A stretch of 64,000 bases of DNA from a virus, in the IMG/VR virus record IMGVR_UViG_3300045999_008055; one strand, 5' to 3'. Position 1 is the first letter of the stretch. The number at the start of each line of letters is the position of its first letter. The notes beneath the pieces were generated by a model. The model had not been told where the DNA came from. It saw nothing but the letters and a program-made list of their open reading frames with translations, and did not search any database. Shown piece after piece: positions 21,440-31,834 of the stretch. A program made the position numbers and the translations under genes.

Positions 21440-22063
21440 TAAAATGGTAGATCATTTCCTTCATCTTCGCTCTCATCAATAAAATCTAAAACTCTTTCAT
21501 TTTCTTCGTGAGAACGAAACCACAAAATTGTATTGTCGCCAACCTTTTGAGCGTCTTGATATTCCAAAGGGCATTTAGCCAAACGCTCTTTGACAATATC
21601 TACAAAGCGATTTGAAAGACGAATAAACAAACTCTCATCGCTCTCAATCCACTCATAGGATTCAGCAAACTCATCACAAATCATTTTTACTTTAGGATGT
21701 AGCTTCATAGATTATTTAGATCAACCTTATCTGGTTCATCTTCTTGACAGAGTAATTGACCTTTAAGGTGTGTCAAAGTTTCAACAGCAGAATCTAAATC
21801 GTATTCTGATGTATCACTTGTGTCAAAATTAACAGACTCTTGAAGATCAAGAATATCTTGAATAATTAAATCAATCTTATCAATTTGTTTCTTTTTCATT
21901 AGTCATCTCCTGTTTAAGAGTATCTAGCCTTTTTGCGTCAATGTCAAGAGCAGAAGGATGAATACTCAAAGTCATATCTAGGTGAGGAATAAAGCAATAG
22001 AATAGTTTTGAAACTGAATCGTATGATACGATTTCCATTGGAGTTCCACGATTGCTTTTTACT

Positions 22064-22999
22064 TTAATTCTTTTCAAGATGTTCCTTGTGATAATCGTGT
22101 CCTTTTTTAGTCAAAGCACGACCAGTAGGTTTAATCTCAATAAGATGATTTCTCATTAAATATAGCTCAACATTTTTCTGCAACATATCTTTGGTAAGAT
22201 TTGTTTTTGCGGAAAGATTGGTAAGTCTCAATTCACCATATTCCTTGAGCAATTTAATTACATTAAGTTCGATTTCTGTAAGGCCAAGAGGGTAGATAGA
22301 CAATCTATCTTTAATCTCTAGCCAACCAGTTTTATCTAGTTCTTTGGAATTTTTAGATGCCAAATAAGACGAAACTTGATTTGCCATAGACTGAGCTTGT
22401 CTGGCATTACCACGACATACGCTTGCAACCTCATTCAAAATATCTTCTTTAATCTTTTGATTTTTAATTTCAAGATTCTTTGAGATAATCCTACCAAGAT
22501 CAATGTAAGAATAATCTTCAAGATCAACTCTATAAAGACGATCAAGAAGTGCGTGAAAAATCTTTTGAGCTTCGGTAGTGCAGAAAATAAAACTATTTTT
22601 ATTAAATCTAAATGTATAAGTTCCATCGTCAAAAGTAAAATCGTTGGAATTATTCTGATTGGGATTAAGGATGGTTAGAAGTGCCATCGTGACATCTCTA
22701 GGAAGTTCGCTCGCCTCATCAAATATAATTGTCGTATCCTTATCATAAACATAAGGCAACATAATCTGATTAAAGAAACTCTTTACATTTTTAATCGTAG
22801 AACAATTAACAATAATGCTTCTCTCACGATTCATTATATTTGCTGTCTCTTGAGCGATAAGAGTTTTGCCACATCCTCTTGGAGCAACAAAAAGAAGATG
22901 AGGAATGATTTTCGTTTTAGAATAGCCATCTAAAAGAAAGTTTAGCTTCTTCTTTACTTTATCTTGACCTACGATTTTAGAATAATTTTCTTGTGACAT
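22064..22999 (-). CDS. ruvB: RuvB-like AAA+ ATPase
   Basis: VGQ..VK, APRGCGKT Walker A, FDEA Walker B, RGNAR, C-terminal winged helix E.YL...LI...PTGR. Confidence 0.75.
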   Translation of the reverse strand: MSQENYSKIVGQDKVKKKLNFLLDGYSKTKIIPHLLFVAPRGCGKTLIAQETANIMNRERSIIVNCSTIKNVKSFFNQIMLPYVYDKDTTIIFDEASELPRDVTMALLTILNPNQNNSNDFTFDDGTYTFRFNKNSFIFCTTEAQKIFHALLDRLYRVDLEDYSYIDLGRIISKNLEIKNQKIKEDILNEVASVCRGNARQAQSMANQVSSYLASKNSKELDKTGWLEIKDRLSIYPLGLTEIELNVIKLLKEYGELRLTNLSAKTNLTKDMLQKNVELYLMRNHLIEIKPTGRALTKKGHDYHKEHLEKN

Positions 23000-23693
23000 A
23001 GTGTGTTTATATACTGGTTTAAAAGTAAGATCAAGTTTAATTTACTTGAAACTCAATTTGTTCTTCTAAACTCTGATATGTTTTAGTATTGACTTCTTTC
23101 TCTATTCCTCTTATGTTTAAATTGTCGAGGAATTTCTTTGATACGATAACAACAGCATCTTGCTTCAATACTTTGTTAAGTTCACTTAACGGAACCATTG
23201 AAAAACAAAACGAACCTTTTTTTCTACCACGATTAGATTTCATCTTCTTCATCCTCCTTTGCGAGAGTTTGCATAGCGTTTAATAAATCAAACTTCAAAG
23301 ATTCTAATACGCCAATAACTTGATAAGCGGTCATATCGCTTTCGTGAGCATATCTTACAATATCCTTGTATAAGATTTGCCTCAACTGATTGCCAGCTTG
23401 ACAATTAAAATTTTCTTCGCTCATTTGATTTTTATATTATACCTAGATATTCTAAATCCGCAACCTAAAATGCAGAATGTAAATATCTTTCCATATTCGT
23501 ATAATTCAAATGAAATGTCGCTAGTCAATTTCAATTTAAATCCAAACCATTTACTATCAACATCATTGTATATAGAATCATTCGGAGTATGATAACCGAA
23601 ACTGATGGCTGGTAAGAGGATGGCGATTGACCAATCTTTGCTCTTACCAAACCACCAATCACGATTCAGATTAACTTGTAATCCGAATTTCAT

Positions 23694-24608
23694 TTAGCCT
23701 TTAATGAATCTCCCTGTCTTTGGGTCACGCTTGCTGTGATAATTAACATAGGATTGTAAAGTGCCATCATTGGCATAATCATTATCATCTTCATCATCCT
23801 CGTAATCATCTTCGTCATCATATCCAAACATTTCATTCATAGCCTCTTGAGCTTCTGGACGATAAGGGTGAATATAATTGTCATAGACCTTATCATAAAG
23901 TTCTTTGTCTAGAGCTTTACGATACAAAGCTACTACCTCTAAACGATATGCACGAAGTTTCTGACATTCACAATCTGTTGGAACAGATACAACATCAGCA
24001 GGGTTAATCTTAACTATCACAAGATTACCACCACCATTAAAACTCTTTGCATATTCTTCTGAACCAGCGTGAAAGCCAGCAGAACAACCAACATCTGCAT
24101 TATCGCAAACTTGATTACGAGCCATCTCACGAATTTGTCCGATTGAGAAATCGTGCTGACCACTATACCAATCGGTAAAGTTTGCTTGAACACTCTTGTA
24201 TGCAAGGAAATCTCCATCGGGAGTAAGAGGCATCTTCTTATGCTCCAAGAATTTATACAATTCATTTACTGCCCTGCGAGAAGGATTTTGCATTAGCTTA
24301 TCAAGAAACTTAACAAGAGGCTCATAAGGCAAACCATTCTTAATAAAGTTTAAGATGCGATCTACAACGATATTATGAATTTCCTCGCCAGCATAGGTCA
24401 CAAGACCATCACGCACTTCAATGTTGCCGTGAGAAAATCGTGCGATAGCTTTACTCTTGTCGAGAATATCTGGAAGTTCGCTAAACCTTCCTTCTCGGAT
24501 TGCGGAAATAGCGTCATTCCAAACTGGATTTTCGCTAGTAATAGTCTTTGGCTCATCGTTAAGAACGATGGTAAGACTACGATCAGTTAATATATATGGT
24601 ATCTTCAT
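23694..24608 (-). CDS. rIIB: rIIB-like protein
   Basis: NPS...ELY.FL....P.T.DG.FLAYK...CS.G.H....KINPADVVSVP.D; downstream of rIIA-like. Confidence 0.85.
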   Translation of the reverse strand: MKIPYILTDRSLTIVLNDEPKTITSENPVWNDAISAIREGRFSELPDILDKSKAIARFSHGNIEVRDGLVTYAGEEIHNIVVDRILNFIKNGLPYEPLVKFLDKLMQNPSRRAVNELYKFLEHKKMPLTPDGDFLAYKSVQANFTDWYSGQHDFSIGQIREMARNQVCDNADVGCSAGFHAGSEEYAKSFNGGGNLVIVKINPADVVSVPTDCECQKLRAYRLEVVALYRKALDKELYDKVYDNYIHPYRPEAQEAMNEMFGYDDEDDYEDDEDDNDYANDGTLQSYVNYHSKRDPKTGRFIKG

Positions 24609-24629
24609 ATTTATAGTTTTACTCCTTTT

Positions 24630-26828
24630 TTAGTTTTTGTCAATAAGATTTATGTAATTTAAAATCTTTGTTAGTTGTTGCTTGCTGTTGTAATGCCACC
24701 CATAAGTATGAGGGACAAATACATCTAGCAATTCATATCTGCCTTGAATATTCTTTAATAGAGTATCCAAATTATAACTTGGATTGACCATATCGAATTT
24801 AATTTCAATTTCGGCCAATTTTAAAAACTCAAGAGCTTCACCAACCTTCTTGAAGTTCGATTTTGCATAGAACATAACCGCACTTAAGTATTGAGCAAAC
24901 TCTGAATTTGTATTTTCAATAAGTTCGTGCAAACTTTTCTTGTGCATCTCTTGGACAAGATCAGCAAAGTTATTATCTTCTTTATTATGCTTATCCCAAT
25001 GATTCTTGTCTGTGATTTGCTGTGATAGTTTAGAATACTCCTTGCGGATTCCATCTTCAAGATGTTTCCAGAGGCTTGTAAGATTTTTATTTTTATTAAT
25101 AATCTTTTTCTTGGATTCAAAAGTTTTAGTTTTGATTCCATAAACTTCTGGAAGTTTCTCGCCAGTAAGTTCTTCATACTTCTCAAGAATATCTTTTAAA
25201 GTTCCATTTCTAAATTCGTGTTCTTTGCCTTGGGCTTGGAAGTTATTGATCTCTACATAGATAGCAGTATCATTAGCAAGATCAATAGTCATAGTCTCCC
25301 AATTAGCGGATTTTGTTCCCCAATTAGTAGCATCATTACGATTAAACTTAAAGATTTGAGAAGAATGTTTTGGATTCTTATTAACTACAACGCTAGTTCC
25401 AGAATTGATCTTCTGAATTGTAATCTTTTCGTAATCAGATAGATTCAAATAATTCTCATCAACAAGACCAAGTTCCTTGTTAAAGTCATCTTTAGTTGCT
25501 TGATCTGCGAATGTAAATACATAAGCACCATCAATCTTGTCTCCTAGTTCATTCCAGAGAGTAGCAAGACGATGAGTTACTCCCATCGCTGAACCAGTAT
25601 CATTGATTAGAATCTTGTGCGTCTTTTCGCAAAGAATCCTTTTAGCTTCATTCTCTGAATTTAATTTTGTGCTTCTGCGAGACTTCTGATAAAACTTTGA
25701 AGTCAATTTACCATTCTCGATCATCTTACCAATCTTATCATTGAAATCAATATGATTATCAGTAATAGTCTTGCTTTTCCAAGTTACCTTGTTGCTCAAA
25801 GCACTACGAACAATATAACCCAAACTACCATAAGTTCCAAAGACTTCATTATAAAGAGCTTTGGCATCATAGATGTTTGTTGAATCTTTAAATTGTTGAG
25901 AGATGCACTCTGCCATCTCTTTCTTAATCTTGCGAAACTTTTCTCTGATAGCTTTCCTAGTCTTTTCAGTATATTCTAGATTCTCACGGCTTGCAGTAAT
26001 ATCAAGTTCTCCAAGATCAAACTCAACTTCAAATCCTTGAGAGCAAATACCTTGCTCATCAGAATCTTCTTTGAATTGCACATCGCTAGTATCAATAGGA
26101 TAACCAACTCCCATAATAGCAACAGATTCTCTACCATAGCTAGAGGTATTATAATAAGCCCAACCATTACCTTTAAATACTGGTGTGCGATCATAGATTT
26201 CAGACAAATCTTCTTTTCTTGCACCTTTGATAACTGGTTTGTTCTTGAAATACTTAAACAAGTTTTTAGCAGTATATAAGAAAGTTTCAGTATCTTCTTC
26301 TTTGATTGGAACAGAAATTAATACACCAGTAGGCTCGGAAGATTTTTCTTCCTTGAGCTTTACAATCTTACCGATTTTAGTTTCATCAATAAAAGCATTG
26401 TAAGTAGTTTTCTTGCCATCGTGATAAGAAATTAAAACAAAGTTATCACCATAACTGAATGGTGCGAATTTACCAATTCCATAATATCCAATAGCAGAAT
26501 TACTATTGCGTTTCGTAGATTCACCATAATAGCAATAAAGATTCTTAATATCATCAGCAGAAAGACCATTACCAAAATCTCTGATAGTTAAAGTAGGGTC
26601 TAATTTTGTAGGAAGTTTAATCTCAATAGGACGCTTGCTCTTTGCTTCGATATTAGCGTCTTGTGCATTACAAGCGATCTCACGCAAAACTGCAAGAGGC
26701 TTATTGGAATACAACTGATTGCGAAGGATGTTAAAGATATAAGGAAGTCCAGATTGCTTGATTCCGAAACTTACGGACTCAAAACTATCGGACTCGACTA
26801 CATTGATGGGTTTTTCGATTAATTTCAT
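24630..26828 (-). CDS. rIIA: rIIA-like protein (N-terminal GHKL ATPase)
   Basis: LY.NK..AVLREI.CNA.DA, IRDFGNG, STKRNSN..IG.YGIG, LDITASRE.L.Y. Confidence 0.88.
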   Translation of the reverse strand: MKLIEKPINVVESDSFESVSFGIKQSGLPYIFNILRNQLYSNKPLAVLREIACNAQDANIEAKSKRPIEIKLPTKLDPTLTIRDFGNGLSADDIKNLYCYYGESTKRNSNSAIGYYGIGKFAPFSYGDNFVLISYHDGKKTTYNAFIDETKIGKIVKLKEEKSSEPTGVLISVPIKEEDTETFLYTAKNLFKYFKNKPVIKGARKEDLSEIYDRTPVFKGNGWAYYNTSSYGRESVAIMGVGYPIDTSDVQFKEDSDEQGICSQGFEVEFDLGELDITASRENLEYTEKTRKAIREKFRKIKKEMAECISQQFKDSTNIYDAKALYNEVFGTYGSLGYIVRSALSNKVTWKSKTITDNHIDFNDKIGKMIENGKLTSKFYQKSRRSTKLNSENEAKRILCEKTHKILINDTGSAMGVTHRLATLWNELGDKIDGAYVFTFADQATKDDFNKELGLVDENYLNLSDYEKITIQKINSGTSVVVNKNPKHSSQIFKFNRNDATNWGTKSANWETMTIDLANDTAIYVEINNFQAQGKEHEFRNGTLKDILEKYEELTGEKLPEVYGIKTKTFESKKKIINKNKNLTSLWKHLEDGIRKEYSKLSQQITDKNHWDKHNKEDNNFADLVQEMHKKSLHELIENTNSEFAQYLSAVMFYAKSNFKKVGEALEFLKLAEIEIKFDMVNPSYNLDTLLKNIQGRYELLDVFVPHTYGWHYNSKQQLTKILNYINLIDKN

Positions 26829-26965
26829 ATATTGAATTTAAATGAGTTTTAAATTAGCGTCAAGGTATTTCTACCAATGATGTATCGCATTTATAATCAG
26901 CACTATATTAGCGATTACGCCAAGAATAATTACAAAATATTCAAAGAATTTTTGGTTCATAAAAT

Positions 26966-28084
26966 TTATTCGTAGCTTTCTCTATCAATCGCTATTACAT
27001 AACCAAATCTAGGCACATCATCTGGTGTGTAATTGAAAAACTTTATGGTAGCTTTCTTGCCTACAAGTTTATTCTTATCTTTAAGTAGTTGAGCTAGATA
27101 AGTAAAATCGCCTTTAATATTGCTTTTAAAAGGTCTGCCGTGTTTATTTTTAAACACCATATAACCCGCAGTTCCTTTTCTATTACCTTCACCTTCAACG
27201 ACTTCTTGAATTATAAATTCCTCATCCATAAAATCTTTTCTTTTAAGAAGATTTTTGCTACGCTTATTTTCATAAGCAAGATTTAATCTAACCATTTGAC
27301 CTTCATAGCCTTGTTCCATATACATTTCATATGCTTCGTCAAGTTCTTGTTGTTTGCTAATTTTTAAAGTAGTCACAACTTTGATCTTTTTATACTGATT
27401 ACTCTTTTTAAGAGCGTCTAATACAAGTTCGTATCTTTCATAGAAAGAATCGTTTGCGGAAATCATACCAATTTTAGGTGCATCATAAACCCAATACTCG
27501 ATAGTTTCTGCACTTTCTTCCAGTTCTTCCTCGGTAGGCTTTGTCCTTTTTACAAGTGAGCAAATCTTATTAAAATCATTTGCTAATTTATCACAATATA
27601 ATTCACCATCAAGAATAGCGTTAGGATATTTCTTAAAAAATCCTTCTAGATTTTCTCGGATATGAGGAGCAGAGATAATCTTTTTACCATTACGAGAGAA
27701 CATACCATCTTTAGTTGTGATGCAACGAATACCATCTAATTTGGGTTGAGAATATACAGGAAAATTAATATCATAATCCTCATACTTATGAGCCAACATT
27801 GGTTCAAAGTATTGAGTTTTATTAATATCTTTAATAGATTCAAAATAACCAGATTCCAATTTCTTTTTACGCTTCGCTTCTGCTTCTTTAATTGCTTGTT
27901 CTTCTGGAGTAGTAGCGTTTGCTCTACCAGCATTTTTTACATCACAATCTGTCCACTCATTAACTATTTTATTATCACTATCTGTATGACCAGAAATCGT
28001 GCGGTATTGATTTCCTTTGACTTCGATAGTCCACTCTTGGACTTTACCAGTCTTTGTCTTTTTATAAATTGTAGGTAGCTTCAT
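26966..28084 (-). CDS. ATP-dependent DNA ligase
   Basis: PMLA, QPKLDGIRC, LDGELY, GYEGQMVR, LLKRK. Confidence 0.93.
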   Translation of the reverse strand: MKLPTIYKKTKTGKVQEWTIEVKGNQYRTISGHTDSDNKIVNEWTDCDVKNAGRANATTPEEQAIKEAEAKRKKKLESGYFESIKDINKTQYFEPMLAHKYEDYDINFPVYSQPKLDGIRCITTKDGMFSRNGKKIISAPHIRENLEGFFKKYPNAILDGELYCDKLANDFNKICSLVKRTKPTEEELEESAETIEYWVYDAPKIGMISANDSFYERYELVLDALKKSNQYKKIKVVTTLKISKQQELDEAYEMYMEQGYEGQMVRLNLAYENKRSKNLLKRKDFMDEEFIIQEVVEGEGNRKGTAGYMVFKNKHGRPFKSNIKGDFTYLAQLLKDKNKLVGKKATIKFFNYTPDDVPRFGYVIAIDRESYE

Positions 28085-28115
28085 AGTCTCAGTTTATACT
28101 GGACTAGCCAACTTG

Positions 28116-28304
28116 TCAAATTTTGTTTTTTTTTGATTTAGAAGGAGTTGCAACTTTGAGCAAACTCCAAGTGCCATCTTTATTATCGTGCCAATCAATC
28201 GTATCACCGATTTTCCATCCCATCTTTTTTAAAAGAGAATTTGGTAGTTCAATATATTGATAACCATTCTCCTCTTTTATTTCAAGAGTATGAGAGTTTT
28301 TCAT
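28116..28304 (-). CDS. AbrB/MazE-like DNA-binding protein
   Basis: YIELP..LL..MGW..GD.I.W. Confidence 0.65.
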   Translation of the reverse strand: MKNSHTLEIKEENGYQYIELPNSLLKKMGWKIGDTIDWHDNKDGTWSLLKVATPSKSKKNKI

Positions 28305-28969
28305 CTAGGAGTTAATACTTTAACAATGAATCTAATACCACGCCAGTTAAGCCAATTAAGAGCATTGATTAATTTCGTGCAAAGTCTCGTTAGTCTCCAT
28401 CCAAGATTTTCTACAACACGCACATAATAATTAAAATAAAATTTATAAACTGGACAACGCATTTTCTTTTCGTGAAGCATAGTCTCTGCTTCCCACTTTA
28501 ATTGATTTTCAATTCTATCTTTACTAGAATATTTGTTATATTCTGGAAGAATTGTAAGAGTTTTTACCACGCCATCAACTACAACAGCTTTCCAATCTGG
28601 AAAGAAATCGGTGGCATCAATATTATCACCATTCACAACACACCCAAAAACAAAACTGCCAGTATAATCCTCACGAAACTTCTCATATTTTTTATCAACT
28701 ACCCACTTTTGATTATGAAGTGAAGGAAGTCTAATCCATCCGTTATATTTTTTATTATCTTCCTGTATTTCTTCTTTGGTCTTATCCTCGTAATGACCTT
28801 CGATTACTTCTTCATATAATTTATTATCTCTTAAAATATAAGTAGAAAGACAATTTTCTTCTATCTCTTTTGTCTGAAATTCCTCATCTCGCCAATTACG
28901 ATTTAGCGTCTTTAATGTAGCATCAAGAGGAAGTTCTTGCTCTACTCGGATATAATTAAATAGTCCCAT
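28301..28969 (-). CDS. conserved phage hypothetical protein
   Basis: MGLFNYI...FQTK motif. Confidence 0.6.
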   Translation of the reverse strand: MGLFNYIRVEQELPLDATLKTLNRNWRDEEFQTKEIEENCLSTYILRDNKLYEEVIEGHYEDKTKEEIQEDNKKYNGWIRLPSLHNQKWVVDKKYEKFREDYTGSFVFGCVVNGDNIDATDFFPDWKAVVVDGVVKTLTILPEYNKYSSKDRIENQLKWEAETMLHEKKMRCPVYKFYFNYYVRVVENLGWRLTRLCTKLINALNWLNWRGIRFIVKVLTPR

Positions 28970-28983
28970 ATTGGTATTATATT

Positions 28984-29643
28984 CTAAATTTTTATTAAGT
29001 CAATATTATTTTTATTGTCTATTATAACAAAAGAAGCCCTTTCCTCGCAAAAACTACCAGTATTAATATATTTATCAGAGTATTCGGATATATGTGAATG
29101 ACCGCAAATTACTTTGTCATAGTTATTATTTTCTATATATTTCAAAGCATTTCTTTTCATATCAGAGCTTTTCTCTATAAAATTATTTGTCCTATTTTTA
29201 AATAAACGGAAGAAATCATCGGCAAATGGAGTATAATGTCGGAATATGTAATATAATTTTACAATAAAATTTGTTATATATTTAAACTTACTAAAGTAAA
29301 TATCAAAAATATCGCCGTGAACAACAAGAATCTTTTGATCTTTTAATTCCAAGATATATTCATCTTTACAATCAAATCCAAGAAGAATACTCATAAACTC
29401 TGCTTTAAGAAAACAATGATTACCAATAAGGTAGATAACCTTTTGTTTTTTAGATAGTTTCCTTAATTTAGATAACACTTTCCAATGATTACCTTTTAAA
29501 CGATTTAAGTTGTAATGGTCAAAAAGATCGCCAGCTATAATAATTGTTTTTGCTTTATGTTTCTTTAAAACTTTTAATAGGATTTCGGCTTTACAATCTT
29601 TATCTCCAAGATGAATGTCAGAGATTATGAGATATTTATTCAT
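28984..29643 (-). CDS. calcineurin-like metallophosphoesterase (LpxH-like)
   Basis: SDIHLG, GDLFD, GNH, HGD, GHSH, NTGS. Confidence 0.9.
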   Translation of the reverse strand: MNKYLIISDIHLGDKDCKAEILLKVLKKHKAKTIIIAGDLFDHYNLNRLKGNHWKVLSKLRKLSKKQKVIYLIGNHCFLKAEFMSILLGFDCKDEYILELKDQKILVVHGDIFDIYFSKFKYITNFIVKLYYIFRHYTPFADDFFRLFKNRTNNFIEKSSDMKRNALKYIENNNYDKVICGHSHISEYSDKYINTGSFCEERASFVIIDNKNNIDLIKI

Positions 29644-30536
29644 AGACTAGCGAAAGATTTTTCTTTCATTTTTAATTCAAAATCTACATCTACATTTAAT
29701 CCGTATGAATCTGGTATGCGAGTTGCATAGTCAGCGTGTTTGCGTGGATTCTTATGTCCTTCAATGCTTTCTGAATAATGAAACAATGGAGTAGTATTCC
29801 AAGTAGAATAAGCTAACTCAAACGCTTGCTTCTCGGTTAATCCATCTGGATGACACTTGTGATGAAGATAATCAAAAGTAATTGGTATAGCTGTGACAGA
29901 ATGAAAATGTCTCATAAGTTTCTTGATAGACCAGCAGGAATCTTTGTCATCGTTTTCTATAACTAATCTGGTCTTAACATCCTCTGATAGCTTATCAAAG
30001 TTGCTCATAAATTTCTTGACTATGCTATTTAGATCACCCTTGGAATTATGTATGTGCATATTCATAGGCGAGTTATAGTTTAGTGGACAACCAATTTGCG
30101 TCATAAACCAACCATAGAAATTTAATTCTTTGATTGTTTTATCTACGGCATTTTGATTGTCACTAGCGAGAACATTAAATTCAGAGGGATGACAAGAAAC
30201 TCTTACATTGGTAGATTGAATTAGAGATTTGATATTATTGAATTGATCTAGTATTAGATTATAGTCTGGTAAATCTTGTAATGATACATTCGCCTTGTCA
30301 TAAGTAATAAGAGGAAATAAATCAGAAGATAATCTATATGTATGTTTGTTGTCTGCACAATATTTGATAGCGTGATATGTGACATCCATATTGTTAAGAA
30401 TACGAGAGGATAACTCTTTCAATGCTTCTTCTCTAGGAAGTTGAGAGAATCTTTTATATGTCATCGTCTTAAACTTCTTTGGAACATCTTGTTCCTCTAG
30501 AGCTAAGACAATACAGCATACTCCTTTTCGATTCAT
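29640..30536 (-). CDS. uvsE: UV damage endonuclease (UvdE/UvsE)
   Basis: YRLSSDLFP, HP..F..L.S, L.IENDD, FDYLHH, HYSE, HAD, ELK.K. Confidence 0.92.
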   Translation of the reverse strand: MNRKGVCCIVLALEEQDVPKKFKTMTYKRFSQLPREEALKELSSRILNNMDVTYHAIKYCADNKHTYRLSSDLFPLITYDKANVSLQDLPDYNLILDQFNNIKSLIQSTNVRVSCHPSEFNVLASDNQNAVDKTIKELNFYGWFMTQIGCPLNYNSPMNMHIHNSKGDLNSIVKKFMSNFDKLSEDVKTRLVIENDDKDSCWSIKKLMRHFHSVTAIPITFDYLHHKCHPDGLTEKQAFELAYSTWNTTPLFHYSESIEGHKNPRKHADYATRIPDSYGLNVDVDFELKMKEKSFASL

Positions 30537-30582
30537 ACTCTGATATTACTCTACCCTATGAATATAGTCAAGAGAGTAAAAA

Positions 30583-30759
30583 TTATCTGTAAATATATGT
30601 AGATGAGCCGTTTTGTTTTTTTAATTCTTTTTTAATCAACGACTTTTGATTATCTTCTGACCATTTTATACTATCATAGTTATTTTTAAACCTATTAGAG
30701 AAACAATTTCTTGGCTTGTCGCCTTTTCCAGCTCCATTATTTGCAGTTTTTTCGTTCAT
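30583..30759 (-). CDS. small conserved phage protein (GKGDKPR motif, 58 aa)
   Basis: Read manually: NGAGKGDKPRNCFSNRFKNNYDSIKW. Confidence 0.6.
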   Translation of the reverse strand: MNEKTANNGAGKGDKPRNCFSNRFKNNYDSIKWSEDNQKSLIKKELKKQNGSSTYIYR

Positions 30760-31122
30760 ATTTGGCGTTTTTTAGTTCGTAAATCGAATATTTTTATTAT
30801 ACATCAAAATTAACTTATTTGCAAAAATTTTATTCGTATTTGGCATTTTTTAGTTAGCAAATCTAATCTTCGACTGGTATAAAATTAACTAATGCATCAT
30901 TTCCATATACTTTGAATGATTTTAACTTATATCTTTTTCTTTCAAGCATATTTTTTAATTCATTAATATATTCACTTTTCATATAAACTACAACTGTTTC
31001 GCCATCGTCTATATCTACTCCGTATTCATCTGCAAACTCCGAACAAATAGCTAATGCCTCATTTTGATTGTCCATAATATGGATTACACCTTATATATTT
31101 GGCATTTTCTTATTAGTAAATT
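30759..31122. repeat. three copies of a 27-bp quasi-palindromic motif
   Basis: TATTTGGCGTTTTTTAGTTCGTAAATC (30759), TATTTGGCATTTTTTAGTTAGCAAATC (30837), TATTTGGCATTTTCTTATTAGTAAATT (31096). Confidence 0.65.
30863..31075 (-). CDS. hypothetical protein
   Basis: ORF; GTGTAA 14 nt upstream. Confidence 0.6.
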   Translation of the reverse strand: MDNQNEALAICSEFADEYGVDIDDGETVVVYMKSEYINELKNMLERKRYKLKSFKVYGNDALVNFIPVED

Positions 31123-31129
31123 GAAAATT

Positions 31130-31217
31130 TGGAACGAGTAGGATTCGAACCTACGGATGATATTGAACCATCGGAAGTTTAGTAAACTTCTGCTTTAGAC
31201 CACTCAGCCATCGTTCC
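31130..31217 (-). tRNA. tRNA-Ser(ACT), class II long variable arm
   Basis: GGAACGA/TCGTTCC acceptor, GAAGT-TTACTAA-ACTTC anticodon arm, long variable arm, GTAGGTTCGAATCCTAC T-arm. Confidence 0.9.
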
Positions 31218-31219
31218 TA

Positions 31220-31834
31220 TTATTTTAACCATACAGATGTAGGATTATAAGTTTCTGTATCAAGATAATCCCACACTTTCCAATCTTTATTTCCCTTACA
31301 ATATTCTATAATATTCCAAAGAAATGCGTGAAGATCTTCAATATGCCAAACATCATCAAGCAACTTCTTTCCTAGATATCTTGATTGATGAGCCACATGA
31401 TCTGCGTAACTATATGCAAAAGCAGAGAAAGGTGGTAATACGCATCCCATAGAGCAAAGTACTCCTTGCATACGAGATGCAACTTCTTTGCCTCCAACAG
31501 AATGCATCGTAACTATAACTCCCGCTGGTTTGCCTAGAAGATGTTTTTTTCCTTCAATCTCTGTCATCTTTTCGAAAAGTTGTTGCATATTTGAACCCCA
31601 ACTATCCCAATATGTTCCCGTACAAAAAATTAAGGCATCGCTTTCTTTAATGATATGTCGTACTTTAGGCCAGTAGAAATCTTTATGGAGATGAACTATT
31701 TTTATTTTTATATTTGAATCAATACGATTAATTTTTTTCCTTATTTTCTTAATAAGAGAGCCAGTATTACCATTCTTACCACCAATAGCTCCGTTAATTA
31801 TGGTGAGAGTTTTTTTCTTTTCTGGCGAGTTCAT
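31220..31834 (-). CDS. flavodoxin-fold / NADPH-dependent FMN reductase-like protein
   Basis: INGA..G.NGNT, DALIF.TGTYW, LLGKPAGVIVT...GG. Confidence 0.75.
   Translation of the reverse strand: MNSPEKKKTLTIINGAIGGKNGNTGSLIKKIRKKINRIDSNIKIKIVHLHKDFYWPKVRHIIKESDALIFCTGTYWDSWGSNMQQLFEKMTEIEGKKHLLGKPAGVIVTMHSVGGKEVASRMQGVLCSMGCVLPPFSAFAYSYADHVAHQSRYLGKKLLDDVWHIEDLHAFLWNIIEYCKGNKDWKVWDYLDTETYNPTSVWLK

Noticed and set aside
30632-30656. TAATCAACGACTT half-match to the palindrome element
   Set aside because: Only one half-site, inside a small CDS, with no partner at 48 bp.
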